Shown: positions 63,425 to 64,000 of the stretch, piece by piece
Numbering within the stretch: the first letter of the stretch is position 1
Layout: each line of letters begins with the position of its first letter
Source of the DNA: Monocercomonoides exilis PA203
Taxonomy: Eukaryota > Protista > Preaxostyla
Assembly: GCA_001643675.2 (NCBI GenBank)
Contig: LSRY02000045.1
Location: 62,001 to 126,000, forward strand
Direction of reading: 5' to 3'
Length of the DNA stretch: 64,000 nt
Translations under genes and position numbers: made by a program
The notes under the pieces: model-generated
What the model was told of the DNA's origin: nothing
The model's database searches: none
What the model saw: only the letters and a program-made list of their open reading frames with translations

Positions 63425-64000
63425 CTCCAACTGTCACTCGTCGCACTGAAGACGTTGTTGAAGAGATCGAAAGAGAATTCGTCCCAACCACACTCACTGC
63501 CTTCCCTTTCCCTGTTATTATTATCTCCTTTTCCCCAACACTGATCGTCTTCTCTTCACTCACATGCCTCCCACCCAGCACTGTGATTGTCGAGCTCAGT
63601 TGCGCCATGCTCGACCCCACTGCATGCCCCACGGTCTTGCAAGGTGCAGACTCGCTCATCCCACACAGATTGCTCGAGTCATCTCCACTCACCCCAACAT
63701 ATATTGTTTTGTCCTTCAACCATCCCTTCTTTTCTGTATGTTGAAGGCTATTACCATTATAGCACACTCTCTTCTCATTGCTATTCGTTGTGTATGATTC
63801 AAAGAACGGGTTATTCGAAGAAAAGTGATTGTAATTGTCTTGAAAAAACACATCGTGGCCATATGGAGTGGAATTACTGCAACTGCAATCATGGAAGAAG
63901 AAGAAATAGCAATAAAGGTTGTTGCTTGGAGCTATTTGTTGGTTTGGATTGAAACACAATCCTCCACCATATGACACTGCTGAGCACGAAATAAATTGGA
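63425..64000 (-). pseudogene. Beta-helix surface-protein family fragment entering from the right edge, 3'-truncated
   Basis: YGGGLCF, YGHDVFF and IYVGVSGDDSSNLCGMSESAPCKTVGHAV; family similarity is lost at ~63425. Confidence 0.7.

Noticed and set aside
63436-63446. GTGCGACGAG on the minus strand, like a group II intron 5' end
   Set aside because: Better explained as degenerate V-T-S-G-Q-L-E family codons; no domain V seen.
1-64000. TAA/TAG=Gln recoding (known in some oxymonads) as the explanation for the broken ORFs
   Set aside because: The long Gln-containing ORFs (1107 and 1509 aa) have no in-frame TAR, conserved genes end at TAA, and the breaks include TGA and frameshifts.

Overview
Eukaryotic, AT-rich, intron-containing (GT..AG, often GTTTGT donors) DNA, standard genetic code. 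The gene families and poly-Ser tracts suggest an oxymonad such as Monocercomonoides (inference). Most of the window is transposons and decayed gene fragments. The main feature is an apparently intact 5.6-kb TIR element (9180-14760, 227-bp TIRs). Its 3-exon gene encodes a Sola-like DDE transposase with a complete USP/C19 deubiquitinase domain inserted in frame. A compact, highly structured ~128-nt RNA-like motif starts 10 nt after its stop codon. A divergent relative with the same terminus, N-terminal domain and intron position runs off the left edge. Also present: a Tc1/IS630-type transposase between long inverted arms, two foldback elements, a 6.3-kb hAT element (8-bp TSD) carrying a host-gene fragment, a pogo-type MITE, and pogo and Harbinger remnants. 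Six beta-helix surface-protein fragments are scattered through the window. Two conserved host genes lie near the right end: ADP-ribosylarginine hydrolase (ADPRH/ARH1) and a CEP164-like WW/coiled-coil protein. All alignments and folds were done by eye.
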